Shown here in pieces: positions 9,877-20,566 of a stretch of 64,000 nucleotides of DNA (the first letter of the stretch is position 1; each line of letters opens with the position of its first letter). This stretch comes from Alphaproteobacteria bacterium (GTDB lineage Bacteria > Pseudomonadota > Alphaproteobacteria > CAAHEQ01 > UBA3637): positions 82,148 through 146,147 of the forward strand of contig JAFYRI010000009.1 in the NCBI GenBank assembly GCA_017559525.1, read 5' to 3'. Below the pieces are notes generated by a model. That model saw only the letters and a program-made list of their open reading frames with translations, made no database searches and had not been told where the DNA came from. A program made the translations under genes and the position numbers.

Positions 9877-10554
9877 CTATTCCCACGCCTGTAAATCTGT
9901 GCCATTTTTTCTCAGCCAGATTTCGGCATCGGCTCGTCGTACACCAAGTGTGCCGACAACCGCCCAAAATTTATCGCTGTGATTCATTTCTTTGAGATGA
10001 GAAACTTCATGCGCAATAATATAATCCAATACATAATCGGGGGCCATTGCCAATTTCCAACAAAAATTCAAATGCTTTGTGGATGAACAACTACCCCAAC
10101 GGGTCGAGGTATCTTTAAGTGTGATTCGCGTTGGTTTTTCACCTAATTGAGCCGCCATTTGGATGGCTTTTGTTTGAATATATGGGTATGCCAAACGTAT
10201 GATGAAATCTCGGACACGGCGATGGAGATGTTCTGTCTCCCCTGATACAAATAATTGTCCGTTTTGAATTTTACAAGCTCCTCTTTGATTTGGTGTATGA
10301 CAAATGGTAACGTATTGACCTAAAACAGGAATTTTTATGCCGTTTTTGAAGTGTTTGGTTGGTTTTATTTTATCTAATTGTTCGTTTATCCATTCAATGT
10401 TATCGGTAACAAATTTTATGCCAGTACTTTTTAATGTCCATTTTGGCATACTCAAATGGACGGTGCCAGTTTTGTCAACTCTAAGGCGCAAGTTTTTTGC
10501 TCGAGCTGATTTTGTTATTTTTAGTATAAAATTATCAAAAATTTCATTTTTCAT
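9877..10554 (-). CDS. YgjP/DUF45-like (M48-type) metal-dependent hydrolase
   Basis: TRWGSCSS, LNFCWKLAMAP, YIIAHEVSHLKEMNHS. Confidence 0.88.
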   Translation of the reverse strand: MKNEIFDNFILKITKSARAKNLRLRVDKTGTVHLSMPKWTLKSTGIKFVTDNIEWINEQLDKIKPTKHFKNGIKIPVLGQYVTICHTPNQRGACKIQNGQLFVSGETEHLHRRVRDFIIRLAYPYIQTKAIQMAAQLGEKPTRITLKDTSTRWGSCSSTKHLNFCWKLAMAPDYVLDYIIAHEVSHLKEMNHSDKFWAVVGTLGVRRADAEIWLRKNGTDLQAWE

Positions 10555-10618
10555 TGGACAAATTGTTTTTTTAAGGCTATCTTACTGTTAAAATAATTAT
10601 AAATGAAAGGGAATTAAA

Positions 10619-10930
10619 ATGCAAGGGTTTCTAAATATACTACGTGCTTTGTTGCGTTTGACATGGAGATTAGCTATTGTTTATGTCGTTTTTTTAATTT
10701 TAGCTTGGATGTTGTTGGGAATTCATCCGCGTGAGGGGGCTAGAACAACTTACAGCCGTATTGCATCAATTGGTCATTGGATTACTGGTTTTGCTGGAGA
10801 TGTAAAGGATGCTGGATCTGGAATCGCAAAAATGGGAGCGCGTCATTTGAAAGATGCTCAAGATCGCTATCATGGTATTGATCCATACGAAAAGGTTAAT
10901 GAACAGCTAAATCAAGATATGCATCCATAA
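10619..10930 (+). CDS. Hypothetical membrane protein
   Basis: AAGGGA RBS, one N-terminal TM segment, followed by a terminator. Confidence 0.6.
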   Translation: MQGFLNILRALLRLTWRLAIVYVVFLILAWMLLGIHPREGARTTYSRIASIGHWITGFAGDVKDAGSGIAKMGARHLKDAQDRYHGIDPYEKVNEQLNQDMHP

Positions 10931-10946
10931 CATAATGAACAATAAG

Positions 10947-10976
10947 AAATAAACCTCCTTTATGGAGGTTTATTTT
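10947..10976 (+). terminator. Intrinsic terminator
   Basis: AAATAAACCTCC / GGAGGTTTATTT inverted repeat. Confidence 0.75.
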
Positions 10977-11064
10977 GTGTGTTATTTGTTAAAAAATACT
11001 TGCGAAATAGGGCGTTTTATGGTAAAAACAAACATATTTTTTTGATTAAAGGGATGATAATAAA

Positions 11065-12882
11065 ATGTCTGATAAAAAAACAAATGAAAAATTGATAAAA
11101 CCTTTGATGATTGAGGTGGAAAGTGCTGTATCTCTGACCGATGAACAATTTTCGGGATTGCATGAACATTTAGTTGATGTGTTGGGGACGCAAAACTTTA
11201 TGGTGCAGTTAAAGGTTAATCCCGATTTGATAGGGGGATTGTCTTTGCGTGTAAATTCGTTGTTGATTGATGCTTCAGTTAAGGGGAGATTGAGTGCTTT
11301 TCAAAAAGAGGTTGAAAATGAATTTAGTGGTGATATGACACCCCAAAAGTTAACAGATTTTTTTATGCAAAAAATTGAAACATTTGATGATAAGCCGGTT
11401 GTTAAAGAGGTTGGTCAAGTTCAATCGGTCTCTGATGGGGTGGCAAAGGTAAGTGGACTTAAGGACATTGCTTCAGGTGAACGAGTGGTGTTTGAAGGTC
11501 ATCAGCATGGTCTTGTATTAAATCTTAATCCAGATTCGGTGGATGTCGTTATTTTTGATGATGCGGAAAATATTCGTGAAGGTCAAAAGGTGTTTCGTAC
11601 CAATGAAATGAATTCTGTGCCAGTTGGTATGGAATTGTTGGGGCGTGTGATTAATCCACTTGGTGAACCGATTGATGATCGTGAAAAATTGGATGGTTTG
11701 CCGAAAAAGCCAGTAAATGCACCGGCGCCTGGGATTGTGGATCGATATAAAGTATGTCGTCCAATTCAAACAGGGATTAAGGGGATTGATGCCTTGGTTC
11801 CAATTGGTCGTGGGCAACGCGAACTTATTATTGGAGATCGTCAAACAGGTAAAACGGCTATTATTTTGGATACGATTTTATCTCAAAAAGCCATTAATGA
11901 TGCAACGGAAAATCCTAAAGAAAAATTGTTCTGTATTTACGTTGCGATTGGTCAAAAACAATCCACTGTGCGTGATATTATGCGTGTGTTGCAAGAAAAA
12001 GGCGCGATGGAATATACAACGATCGTTTGTGCAACGGCGGCCGACAGTGCATCATTACAATATTTAGCGCCGTATGCAGGTTGTACGATTGGGGAATATT
12101 TCCGTGATAATGGTATGAATGCGATTGTATTCTATGATGATTTGTCAAAGCATGCGGTGGCTTATCGTGAAATGTCCTTGTTGTTGAAACGTCCAGCTGG
12201 TCGTGAAGCATATCCAGGGGATGTGTTCTATTTGCATTCTCGTTTATTGGAACGAGCTGCTCAGTTGAATGAAGAAAAAGGCGGAGGGTCTTTGACGGCA
12301 TTACCTGTGGTTGAAACGCAAGAAGGCGACGTGTCGGCTTATATTCCAACGAACGTGATTTCTATTACAGATGGTCAGATTTTCTTGGAAAGTTCTTTAT
12401 TCCACCAAGGTGTAAAACCTGCTATTAACGTTGGTTTATCTGTTTCACGTGTGGGATCATCTGCTCAAACAAAAGCGATGAAAAAGGTGGCGGGTACATT
12501 GAAGCTTGATTTAGCTCAATATCGTGAGGTCTTGTCCTTCTCACAATTTGCATCTGATTTGGATCCGGCAACACAAGCGTTGCTTAACCGTGGTGCTAGA
12601 TTAACGGAAATGATGAAACAAAAACAATATATGCCGCTGACAATGGCTCAAGAAGTTGTCTCTATTTTTGCCGGTGTAAATGGATATTTGGATCGTGTGG
12701 AAATTAAAGATATTGCCGATTATGAAGCAAAACTGCAAGAAAAAATCAAAATTGAAGGGGCTGATATCATTGGCGATATTGAAAAAACAAAAGACTTATC
12801 TGAAGATACAAAAGAACGGTTGCATGCTTTTGTTAAAAAAATCACTGATGATTTTGTCGGAGTTAAACCAGAGGAAGAATAA
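11065..12882 (+). CDS. atpA: F1 ATP synthase alpha subunit with N-terminally fused delta (OSCP) C-terminal domain
   Basis: Residues ~15-85 match the delta C-domain (VESAVSLTDEQ...VNPDLIGGLSLRVNSLLIDASVKGRL). The rest is alpha (GDRQTGKT, GREAYPGDVFYLHSRLLERA). Confidence 0.93.
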   Translation: MSDKKTNEKLIKPLMIEVESAVSLTDEQFSGLHEHLVDVLGTQNFMVQLKVNPDLIGGLSLRVNSLLIDASVKGRLSAFQKEVENEFSGDMTPQKLTDFFMQKIETFDDKPVVKEVGQVQSVSDGVAKVSGLKDIASGERVVFEGHQHGLVLNLNPDSVDVVIFDDAENIREGQKVFRTNEMNSVPVGMELLGRVINPLGEPIDDREKLDGLPKKPVNAPAPGIVDRYKVCRPIQTGIKGIDALVPIGRGQRELIIGDRQTGKTAIILDTILSQKAINDATENPKEKLFCIYVAIGQKQSTVRDIMRVLQEKGAMEYTTIVCATAADSASLQYLAPYAGCTIGEYFRDNGMNAIVFYDDLSKHAVAYREMSLLLKRPAGREAYPGDVFYLHSRLLERAAQLNEEKGGGSLTALPVVETQEGDVSAYIPTNVISITDGQIFLESSLFHQGVKPAINVGLSVSRVGSSAQTKAMKKVAGTLKLDLAQYREVLSFSQFASDLDPATQALLNRGARLTEMMKQKQYMPLTMAQEVVSIFAGVNGYLDRVEIKDIADYEAKLQEKIKIEGADIIGDIEKTKDLSEDTKERLHAFVKKITDDFVGVKPEEE

Positions 12883-13970
12883 TGAGTTCTTTAAAGAAAA
12901 TTTCCGATCGGATTAAGACGATTTCCTCAACACACCAAGTGACGGCCTCGATGAAGGTTGTAGCTGTGTCTCGCCTTAAAAAATTGCATGAAAACTTTTT
13001 GCAAACGGGTGCTTATACATTGGAAATTCGCCGAATGATTCGCCGTTTAATCCGTTCTATTTCCTATCGGCAAGAGGCCTTGACCGAAAAGGGTAGTTCC
13101 GAAATCATTCCAATTCCTGCCTTGTTAAAGGGAAATGGTAAAGATGAACGCTATGTGATTGTGGCCATTACATCTGATGACGGTTTAAGTGGTTCTTCCA
13201 ATATGCAAGTTGTGCAAAAAACAGAAGAGGTTATGCGTTATTTAGAAGAGCAAGGCAAAAAAATTACACTGATGTGTTTCGGAACACGTGGCGGTGATAT
13301 TTTACGCCGTTCTTATCCGAATATGCGTATTCAAGTGGCTCGACGTAAAATGCATACGAATGCTGGGCCTTATTTAGATGCCGAACGGATGGCGATGACA
13401 TTAATTAATGCCTTTGATAAAGATCAATTTGATGTGTGTTTGTTTGTGTATAATGAATTTAAATCGGTGGTGTCTCAAAAACCGACAATTGAACAAGTTA
13501 TTCCGAATAAGCTCTTTTCCGAAAATAATCCATGGCAATTTTTAATTGATACAAATGATGCCGATTATATTAGTCGGGACGCTATGGGACAAAAGAAAAT
13601 TAATTTGCATAAATCTGAATTCTTGACGGCTTTTGGTGGTGTGGGGATGTTGTCTCCGCTTGGTGCAATTGACAGAGATGAAATTTTATTGCCGCCGACC
13701 AGAACGCCTGATAAGTATGATTACGATCCATCGGATTTGGAAATTTTAGAACGTGTTTTGCCGCAATATATGGTGTCTTATATGTGCCGTGTGTTATTGG
13801 AAACAGAAGTGGCCGATAATGCTGCTAGATTAATGGCCATGGATAATGCAACACGCAATGCCGGTGAAATGCTTAAAGGATTACAAAAACAATATCGCAG
13901 AACCAGACAAAGTAAAATCACAACAGATTTGATTGAAATTGTATCTGGTGCGATGAGTGAACAGTCTTAA
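12882..13970 (+). CDS. atpG: F1 ATP synthase gamma subunit, with ~70-aa insertion
   Basis: RIKTISSTHQVTASMKVVA, ITSDDGLSG, AMDNATRNA, RQSKITTDLIEIVSGA. Confidence 0.92.
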   Translation: MSSLKKISDRIKTISSTHQVTASMKVVAVSRLKKLHENFLQTGAYTLEIRRMIRRLIRSISYRQEALTEKGSSEIIPIPALLKGNGKDERYVIVAITSDDGLSGSSNMQVVQKTEEVMRYLEEQGKKITLMCFGTRGGDILRRSYPNMRIQVARRKMHTNAGPYLDAERMAMTLINAFDKDQFDVCLFVYNEFKSVVSQKPTIEQVIPNKLFSENNPWQFLIDTNDADYISRDAMGQKKINLHKSEFLTAFGGVGMLSPLGAIDRDEILLPPTRTPDKYDYDPSDLEILERVLPQYMVSYMCRVLLETEVADNAARLMAMDNATRNAGEMLKGLQKQYRRTRQSKITTDLIEIVSGAMSEQS

Positions 13971-15978
<2,008 letters not shown>

Positions 15979-16031
15979 ACAGAAGCATAAAGATTATGCT
16001 TTAAATCAAAGGTTATTATATCAAAAAATTC

Positions 16032-16985
16032 TTAAAATTTTTCGGGATAAAAGCCATCTTTTTTTAAGTACAGATGGTATTTTTTACCTTCTGTTTCTAT
16101 TATTAAATTCGTATCTGTTTTTTCAATAATTTTAACTTTGGTATTTGTTTTATAAAAGTATCCGTTTTGATTATCCGATAAAATCAATTGATGCTTTGTA
16201 TTATTTATATAAACATGGATACTGATTTGTTTTAAAAATAATTTTGTAAAATATTGATAATAGTTTCTATTTTTATCAATTGTATCTGTTCCAGCATAAT
16301 GATGAATGGCGACATTTTCATTCCCTCCAAAATCGATCATGGCAATGTTAGTTGGTAATAATGAAAGAGTTTTTGATGTGTATCTCAAACCATTCAGCGG
16401 GGGCGTGAAATGTGTATTGTATAAGGTTGTTAAATGTGTCGGAACACCTAATCTACTAGGCCCTATTTTTTGATAATATTGAATTACTTTTTTGATAAAT
16501 GGAAGACCTTTTGCGGCGGCAATAAAAGAACCGGATAATTGTTTTTTTTCTTCATATGTCATAACCAACTGAGTGTGTCGAAATAAATGTGATGGATCTT
16601 GTGTTAATTCATGATCTGTATCTAAATATAATCCACCATATTTATATAGAGCATTAAAGCGGCACCAATCAGAAGCAAAAGACCATAAACCTTTTTTATA
16701 GGCCCATTTTACATAGTGATTGGCATCAATATCACAATTTTTTTCATCCCATCTCATAATTTGATAATCAGGGGCATTTTTTTTCCATGTTTTAATTATT
16801 TTATGAACCGAATCAGGTAAGGGGTGTTTTCCAAGCCATACATAGTGAATGATTTTTGGAATAGGGGAGTAGGTATAATACTTATATGTAAAACCGACTG
16901 AAAAAAATAGAATGAAAATAAATACCGATAATTTTTTCATGCTATTTTTTGGGGGCTTGTTGATTTTGTTTTTTGATATTTTCAT
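16032..16985 (-). CDS. DXD-motif glycosyltransferase (GT32/Och1-like); likely start ATG 16940
   Basis: IPKIIHYVWLG, FASDWCRFNALYKYGGLYLDTD; N-terminal TM. Confidence 0.85.
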   Translation of the reverse strand: MKISKNKINKPPKNSMKKLSVFIFILFFSVGFTYKYYTYSPIPKIIHYVWLGKHPLPDSVHKIIKTWKKNAPDYQIMRWDEKNCDIDANHYVKWAYKKGLWSFASDWCRFNALYKYGGLYLDTDHELTQDPSHLFRHTQLVMTYEEKKQLSGSFIAAAKGLPFIKKVIQYYQKIGPSRLGVPTHLTTLYNTHFTPPLNGLRYTSKTLSLLPTNIAMIDFGGNENVAIHHYAGTDTIDKNRNYYQYFTKLFLKQISIHVYINNTKHQLILSDNQNGYFYKTNTKVKIIEKTDTNLIIETEGKKYHLYLKKDGFYPEKF

Positions 16986-17472
16986 TGATTTCGGACAAGA
17001 TGGGTAACAACATGTTAACTACATTTCGTGCTATACGTTCTTCGGCTGATTTAGTTTTATAGGTCTTTATGAATTTAAAAATGACATAGATGCCAAGTAA
17101 TATAAACAAGACATACATAATCGCGCGCATTAATGAAGTTGTTATGTCGGAGGCAAAAGAAAGAGTTGCAGCTTTGGTTGATGCAGTCATGTGATTAATT
17201 TGGGCCGATACATATGAGGTGACACCAATGGGGAAAGACATTGCTCGTTCTGCAATTTGAACACGATTATTTGTAGCAATGGCTATTTTTTCGGCAGATG
17301 CTACATTAAAATAATGACTCACCCAATTTGGCATTTGTTTATTTATATACCAACTGCCACTACAGACAAGTCCCAATAACGGTAGATAGATGAGCGCTGT
17401 CCAAAGTAACCGTTTGACTTTATCTTTTATGGTATCTGTTTTGGGCGAAAAAACGGATTGAAGGTGAGTCAT
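16942..17472 (-). CDS. Hypothetical two-TM membrane protein
   Basis: AAAGGA RBS, two hydrophobic segments; directly after the lysis genes. Confidence 0.6.
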   Translation of the reverse strand: MTHLQSVFSPKTDTIKDKVKRLLWTALIYLPLLGLVCSGSWYINKQMPNWVSHYFNVASAEKIAIATNNRVQIAERAMSFPIGVTSYVSAQINHMTASTKAATLSFASDITTSLMRAIMYVLFILLGIYVIFKFIKTYKTKSAEERIARNVVNMLLPILSEINENIKKQNQQAPKK

Positions 17473-17481
17473 TTTTATCCT

Positions 17482-17661
17482 TTATACTTGTTTAGCATTC
17501 CCGACATTTAGTGCCAAAATATTCATCAATTTTTTAAATTGTGATAGAATATTATCGTCTTTCTGAGTTGGTGTCAAGGCTGTTATTGCACTGGCACCAG
17601 AAACAATAGATGAAATAACAATCCATAATTCATTTAAGTTATTAATGATAAAATTTAACAT
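17482..17661 (-). CDS. 59-aa holin-like small membrane protein (not in ORF track)
   Basis: GAAAGGAG RBS; MLNFIINNLNELWIVISSIVSGASAITALTPTQKDDNILSQFKKLMNILALNVGNAKQV*; TM plus ALTPTxKDD motif; near the cell-wall hydrolase gene. Confidence 0.65.
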   Translation of the reverse strand: MLNFIINNLNELWIVISSIVSGASAITALTPTQKDDNILSQFKKLMNILALNVGNAKQV

Positions 17662-17676
17662 AATTTTCTCCTTTCG

Positions 17677-17982
17677 TTATTTTAAAATTAAATTCATCAA
17701 AGCAACACAAATTGCTGTAACAGCAGTGGCTGCCATAATATTTAAGATATTGCGAATAGGGGCTAACTCTTGACGAGAAATAAAATCTTTTCCTATTTTG
17801 TCATATAAAATACGACAATTACCCTTCAATTGAACAGTTCCCATAAAATTAATTAACTCAGTGTGAACATCTACAATTTGTTTTTTTGTACTACATACTT
17901 CTTTTTTAATATCTGTTAATTGTTTTTGTAGAGTATCGACCTGAGCCATTAATTTACCAATTTCTAATGTATATTGGGTCAT
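17677..17982 (-). CDS. Coiled-coil protein with C-terminal TM (lysis-module accessory); start moved to ATG 17982
   Basis: AAAGGA RBS before MTQYTLEIG; heptad region; C-terminal ILNIMAATAVTAICVALMNLIL. Confidence 0.55.
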   Translation of the reverse strand: MTQYTLEIGKLMAQVDTLQKQLTDIKKEVCSTKKQIVDVHTELINFMGTVQLKGNCRILYDKIGKDFISRQELAPIRNILNIMAATAVTAICVALMNLILK

Positions 17983-17992
17983 TTTAATTCCT

Positions 17993-18397
17993 TTATATAT
18001 TGTCATAAAATAATAGATTGCTGATTTGAGTGCATGGAATACCAGCATAAGCCCATTGAGGATGTATGTTTATATCATGATAATGGGTTGCTCCATTTGT
18101 ATTATCCGATAATAATCCTTTGATTGCTCGTACAGAAATCCGGTGGCAAATTTGATAAATAGGATCTGTTTTTATTAATGTATTCCAATTTAGATTGATT
18201 GGATTATTCCAACATTGAAATTGTGCGGGTTTTAAACAGACCTCTTTTATAGTTTTTCCCCACCACTCATTAATACCGTTTTGTGCTAAACGAACTCGAT
18301 TTAAAACAACATTAGCTATGCCTTCCATAACACTGATATTTGCTGTTTGGGTTTCACCATAAATGGTTAATGCCAATGTATGAATATTTTGATCCAT
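17993..18397 (-). CDS. SleB/Hydrolase_2-family cell wall hydrolase (endolysin candidate)
   Basis: LALTIYGE, IANVVLNRV, VCLKPAQFQCWN, TNGATHYH, PQWA. Confidence 0.85.
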   Translation of the reverse strand: MDQNIHTLALTIYGETQTANISVMEGIANVVLNRVRLAQNGINEWWGKTIKEVCLKPAQFQCWNNPINLNWNTLIKTDPIYQICHRISVRAIKGLLSDNTNGATHYHDINIHPQWAYAGIPCTQISNLLFYDNI

Positions 18398-19813
18398 TTA
18401 AAATCTCCATTCTTTTTGTGCGTTAAAATATCTATATGTTTTTGATGGTAATCGTATAGATTCACTCAGTAAACACCCTGCAACAGCATCCAGTGAATCA
18501 TCTTTGCTTCGTCCAGCGGGGGACCATTCTTTCATTTGCTCTAAAAAGGGTGTTTGTTTAATGCGAGTATGTGCCTTTAATGATCTATTCATTAAGATAG
18601 CGTCAAAGGCCGATAAGATACGCGAGGATTTATTTTGATGTGATGTTTTTTCTAAAACTGCACACGGAATGTGTTTTTGGGCTAGCTCCTTTTTTAATAT
18701 AGCTGGTAAAAATTTACCAATGCCATTTGTTTCCAAATTAATACATGGAATAAAATTACGCTTGATAAAATCGGCAACACATTTACATTGGTAGGTTGCG
18801 GCATCTTCATGTGATGGTACTTGTAAGTATGTAATATCATGCAAATAATATAAGCCATTTTCATCTGTAAAAACGCAAGCCACAACACTGTCATCTCCTT
18901 TATCTTTTGCTCCGAATGCGGGATCCCACCAACATGAAACAGAAATTAAACGATTTTTCCCAATTGACAATTGTGCTGTTTCATTAGCTTCTTTATAAAA
19001 TAATTCATCATTATAGAATGATATCAAATCGGAATTTAATCTACTGTCATTAATTTGAACGGCTTCTAACATCATTTGACTTAAAAATTTATTTTGACCG
19101 CTATGTTTGCGAATAGAATCAATTTTATTATTCGAAAAGCGTTCAGGCCAATTAGATTGCCCATTTTTATTCAAAATAGGGATTCTTAATTGATGCCATC
19201 CGTTTAAAAAACCATCATCGTTTGTATTATAAATAGTATCCGCTGTATGAGGTGTACCAATATATACCATCATTCCTCCTGGTGTTAGAATGTAGTCTAA
19301 TTCAGATAATTTTGCTCTTAAATCTTTTCTTTTACTTGAGTTATCACATGTTTTAGGAACTTCTACATCATCGCAAATGATTAAATCAGCTCGAGATCCC
19401 GTAATATTTGCTTGTAATCCTCTAGCAAGGACGGATGGATCTCTTAAATCAGCTGTTCGGGTTATTGTAAATCTATCGGAAGCCCATTCTTCTTTTCTGG
19501 TTGGTTTTAAATTTTTTGTCATAGGATGTTTTTCAATAATACGCTTAATATTGCGTACCATTTTTTTTGCTAATTCATGGTCAGCAGATAAGATTAAAAT
19601 GCGTGTGTTAGGATTTTGCCACAATATATAGGAGCAAAACAAACCGATAATGGTTGATTTTCCAGAGTTTCTAAATGCCATTAATAAAGCATTTTTATCC
19701 GATTGAGCTGTATAAATATCCCATAAAAAAGCACACATTTTTTTGTGATGTTTGGGTACATTTAATCCTTGTATTTGCATCCAGATCCATACAAATTCAA
19801 TCAAAGTTAACAT
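18398..19813 (-). CDS. Phage terminase large subunit (T7 gp19-like)
   Basis: Walker A AFRNSGKST, Walker B LIICDDVE, YIGTPH, nuclease acidic residues WDPA..GDDS, LETNG, DDSLDA. Confidence 0.92.
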   Translation of the reverse strand: MLTLIEFVWIWMQIQGLNVPKHHKKMCAFLWDIYTAQSDKNALLMAFRNSGKSTIIGLFCSYILWQNPNTRILILSADHELAKKMVRNIKRIIEKHPMTKNLKPTRKEEWASDRFTITRTADLRDPSVLARGLQANITGSRADLIICDDVEVPKTCDNSSKRKDLRAKLSELDYILTPGGMMVYIGTPHTADTIYNTNDDGFLNGWHQLRIPILNKNGQSNWPERFSNNKIDSIRKHSGQNKFLSQMMLEAVQINDSRLNSDLISFYNDELFYKEANETAQLSIGKNRLISVSCWWDPAFGAKDKGDDSVVACVFTDENGLYYLHDITYLQVPSHEDAATYQCKCVADFIKRNFIPCINLETNGIGKFLPAILKKELAQKHIPCAVLEKTSHQNKSSRILSAFDAILMNRSLKAHTRIKQTPFLEQMKEWSPAGRSKDDSLDAVAGCLLSESIRLPSKTYRYFNAQKEWRF

Positions 19814-20078
19814 TTAAATCCTCCAATTCTGCAGATGCTTTTTTTGCTTTTTTTAACCATTCAGATAAATCAGTATCTATAGGTGTTGTATCGTTTCCTT
19901 GAGTTAATTTAACCAATAAAGAAATATGCCCTAAAACGGCTTTACATGCCGAATGATAGGCGTTGAATTCTTTTGCATCAGACCAATTTTCTTTGGCCAG
20001 AAATGTTTCATAACTGGCCAAAGCCTTATTCAGATAAGGGCGCAATACCTCTTTGAGCATGTTTTCTTCACAGCTCAT
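19797..20078 (-). CDS. Small helical protein overlapping TerL; candidate terminase small subunit
   Basis: AAGGAGG RBS; overlaps the terL start; size fits. Function is inferred from position only. Confidence 0.45.
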   Translation of the reverse strand: MSCEENMLKEVLRPYLNKALASYETFLAKENWSDAKEFNAYHSACKAVLGHISLLVKLTQGNDTTPIDTDLSEWLKKAKKASAELEDLNVNFD

Positions 20079-20090
20079 TTGAGGCCTCCT

Positions 20091-20564
20091 TTATTTTATT
20101 ATCATACGTCCTAAACCATTGGCGGAATCTCCAATATTTTTTAAATATCCTGATTTTGTTTCATTAGAGTGTTGAGTTAAGGACAATAAATTGCGAGTTC
20201 GTGTTTCATCAATACCATTCTGTAGGGCTTCCAATGAAATATTTGCTTTGTTTATTAAATATTTGTCTTCTATGTCATGTTCTTTTTGCATATTGTCTAA
20301 TATAGCTTGACCAGAACCAATTTGACTCAATCCTTCTGCACCTAATTTTGCTTTATATGCAGATTGTTGTTGGGCAAGTAAGCTTCTATTTTTACGTTGT
20401 TCTTCTTGTAATGTTAATCCAATTTGTTGTTTTTCTAATTCATATTCTTTTTCTGCGGCAACTGTTGCTGCATTAATTTGTTTTTTTTGAGCATCTGCTG
20501 CTTTTTTTGAATAAAATACGGATGCCGCTGTTGTCGCAACGGCTGTGATGGCTGCAACTTCCAT
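20091..20564 (-). CDS. Putative internal virion/ejection protein (T7 gp14-like)
   Basis: Ala-rich hydrophobic N-terminus, coiled coil, QQQSAYKAKLGAEG; position after tail tubular B. Confidence 0.55.
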   Translation of the reverse strand: MEVAAITAVATTAASVFYSKKAADAQKKQINAATVAAEKEYELEKQQIGLTLQEEQRKNRSLLAQQQSAYKAKLGAEGLSQIGSGQAILDNMQKEHDIEDKYLINKANISLEALQNGIDETRTRNLLSLTQHSNETKSGYLKNIGDSANGLGRMIIK

Positions 20565-20566
20565 TA

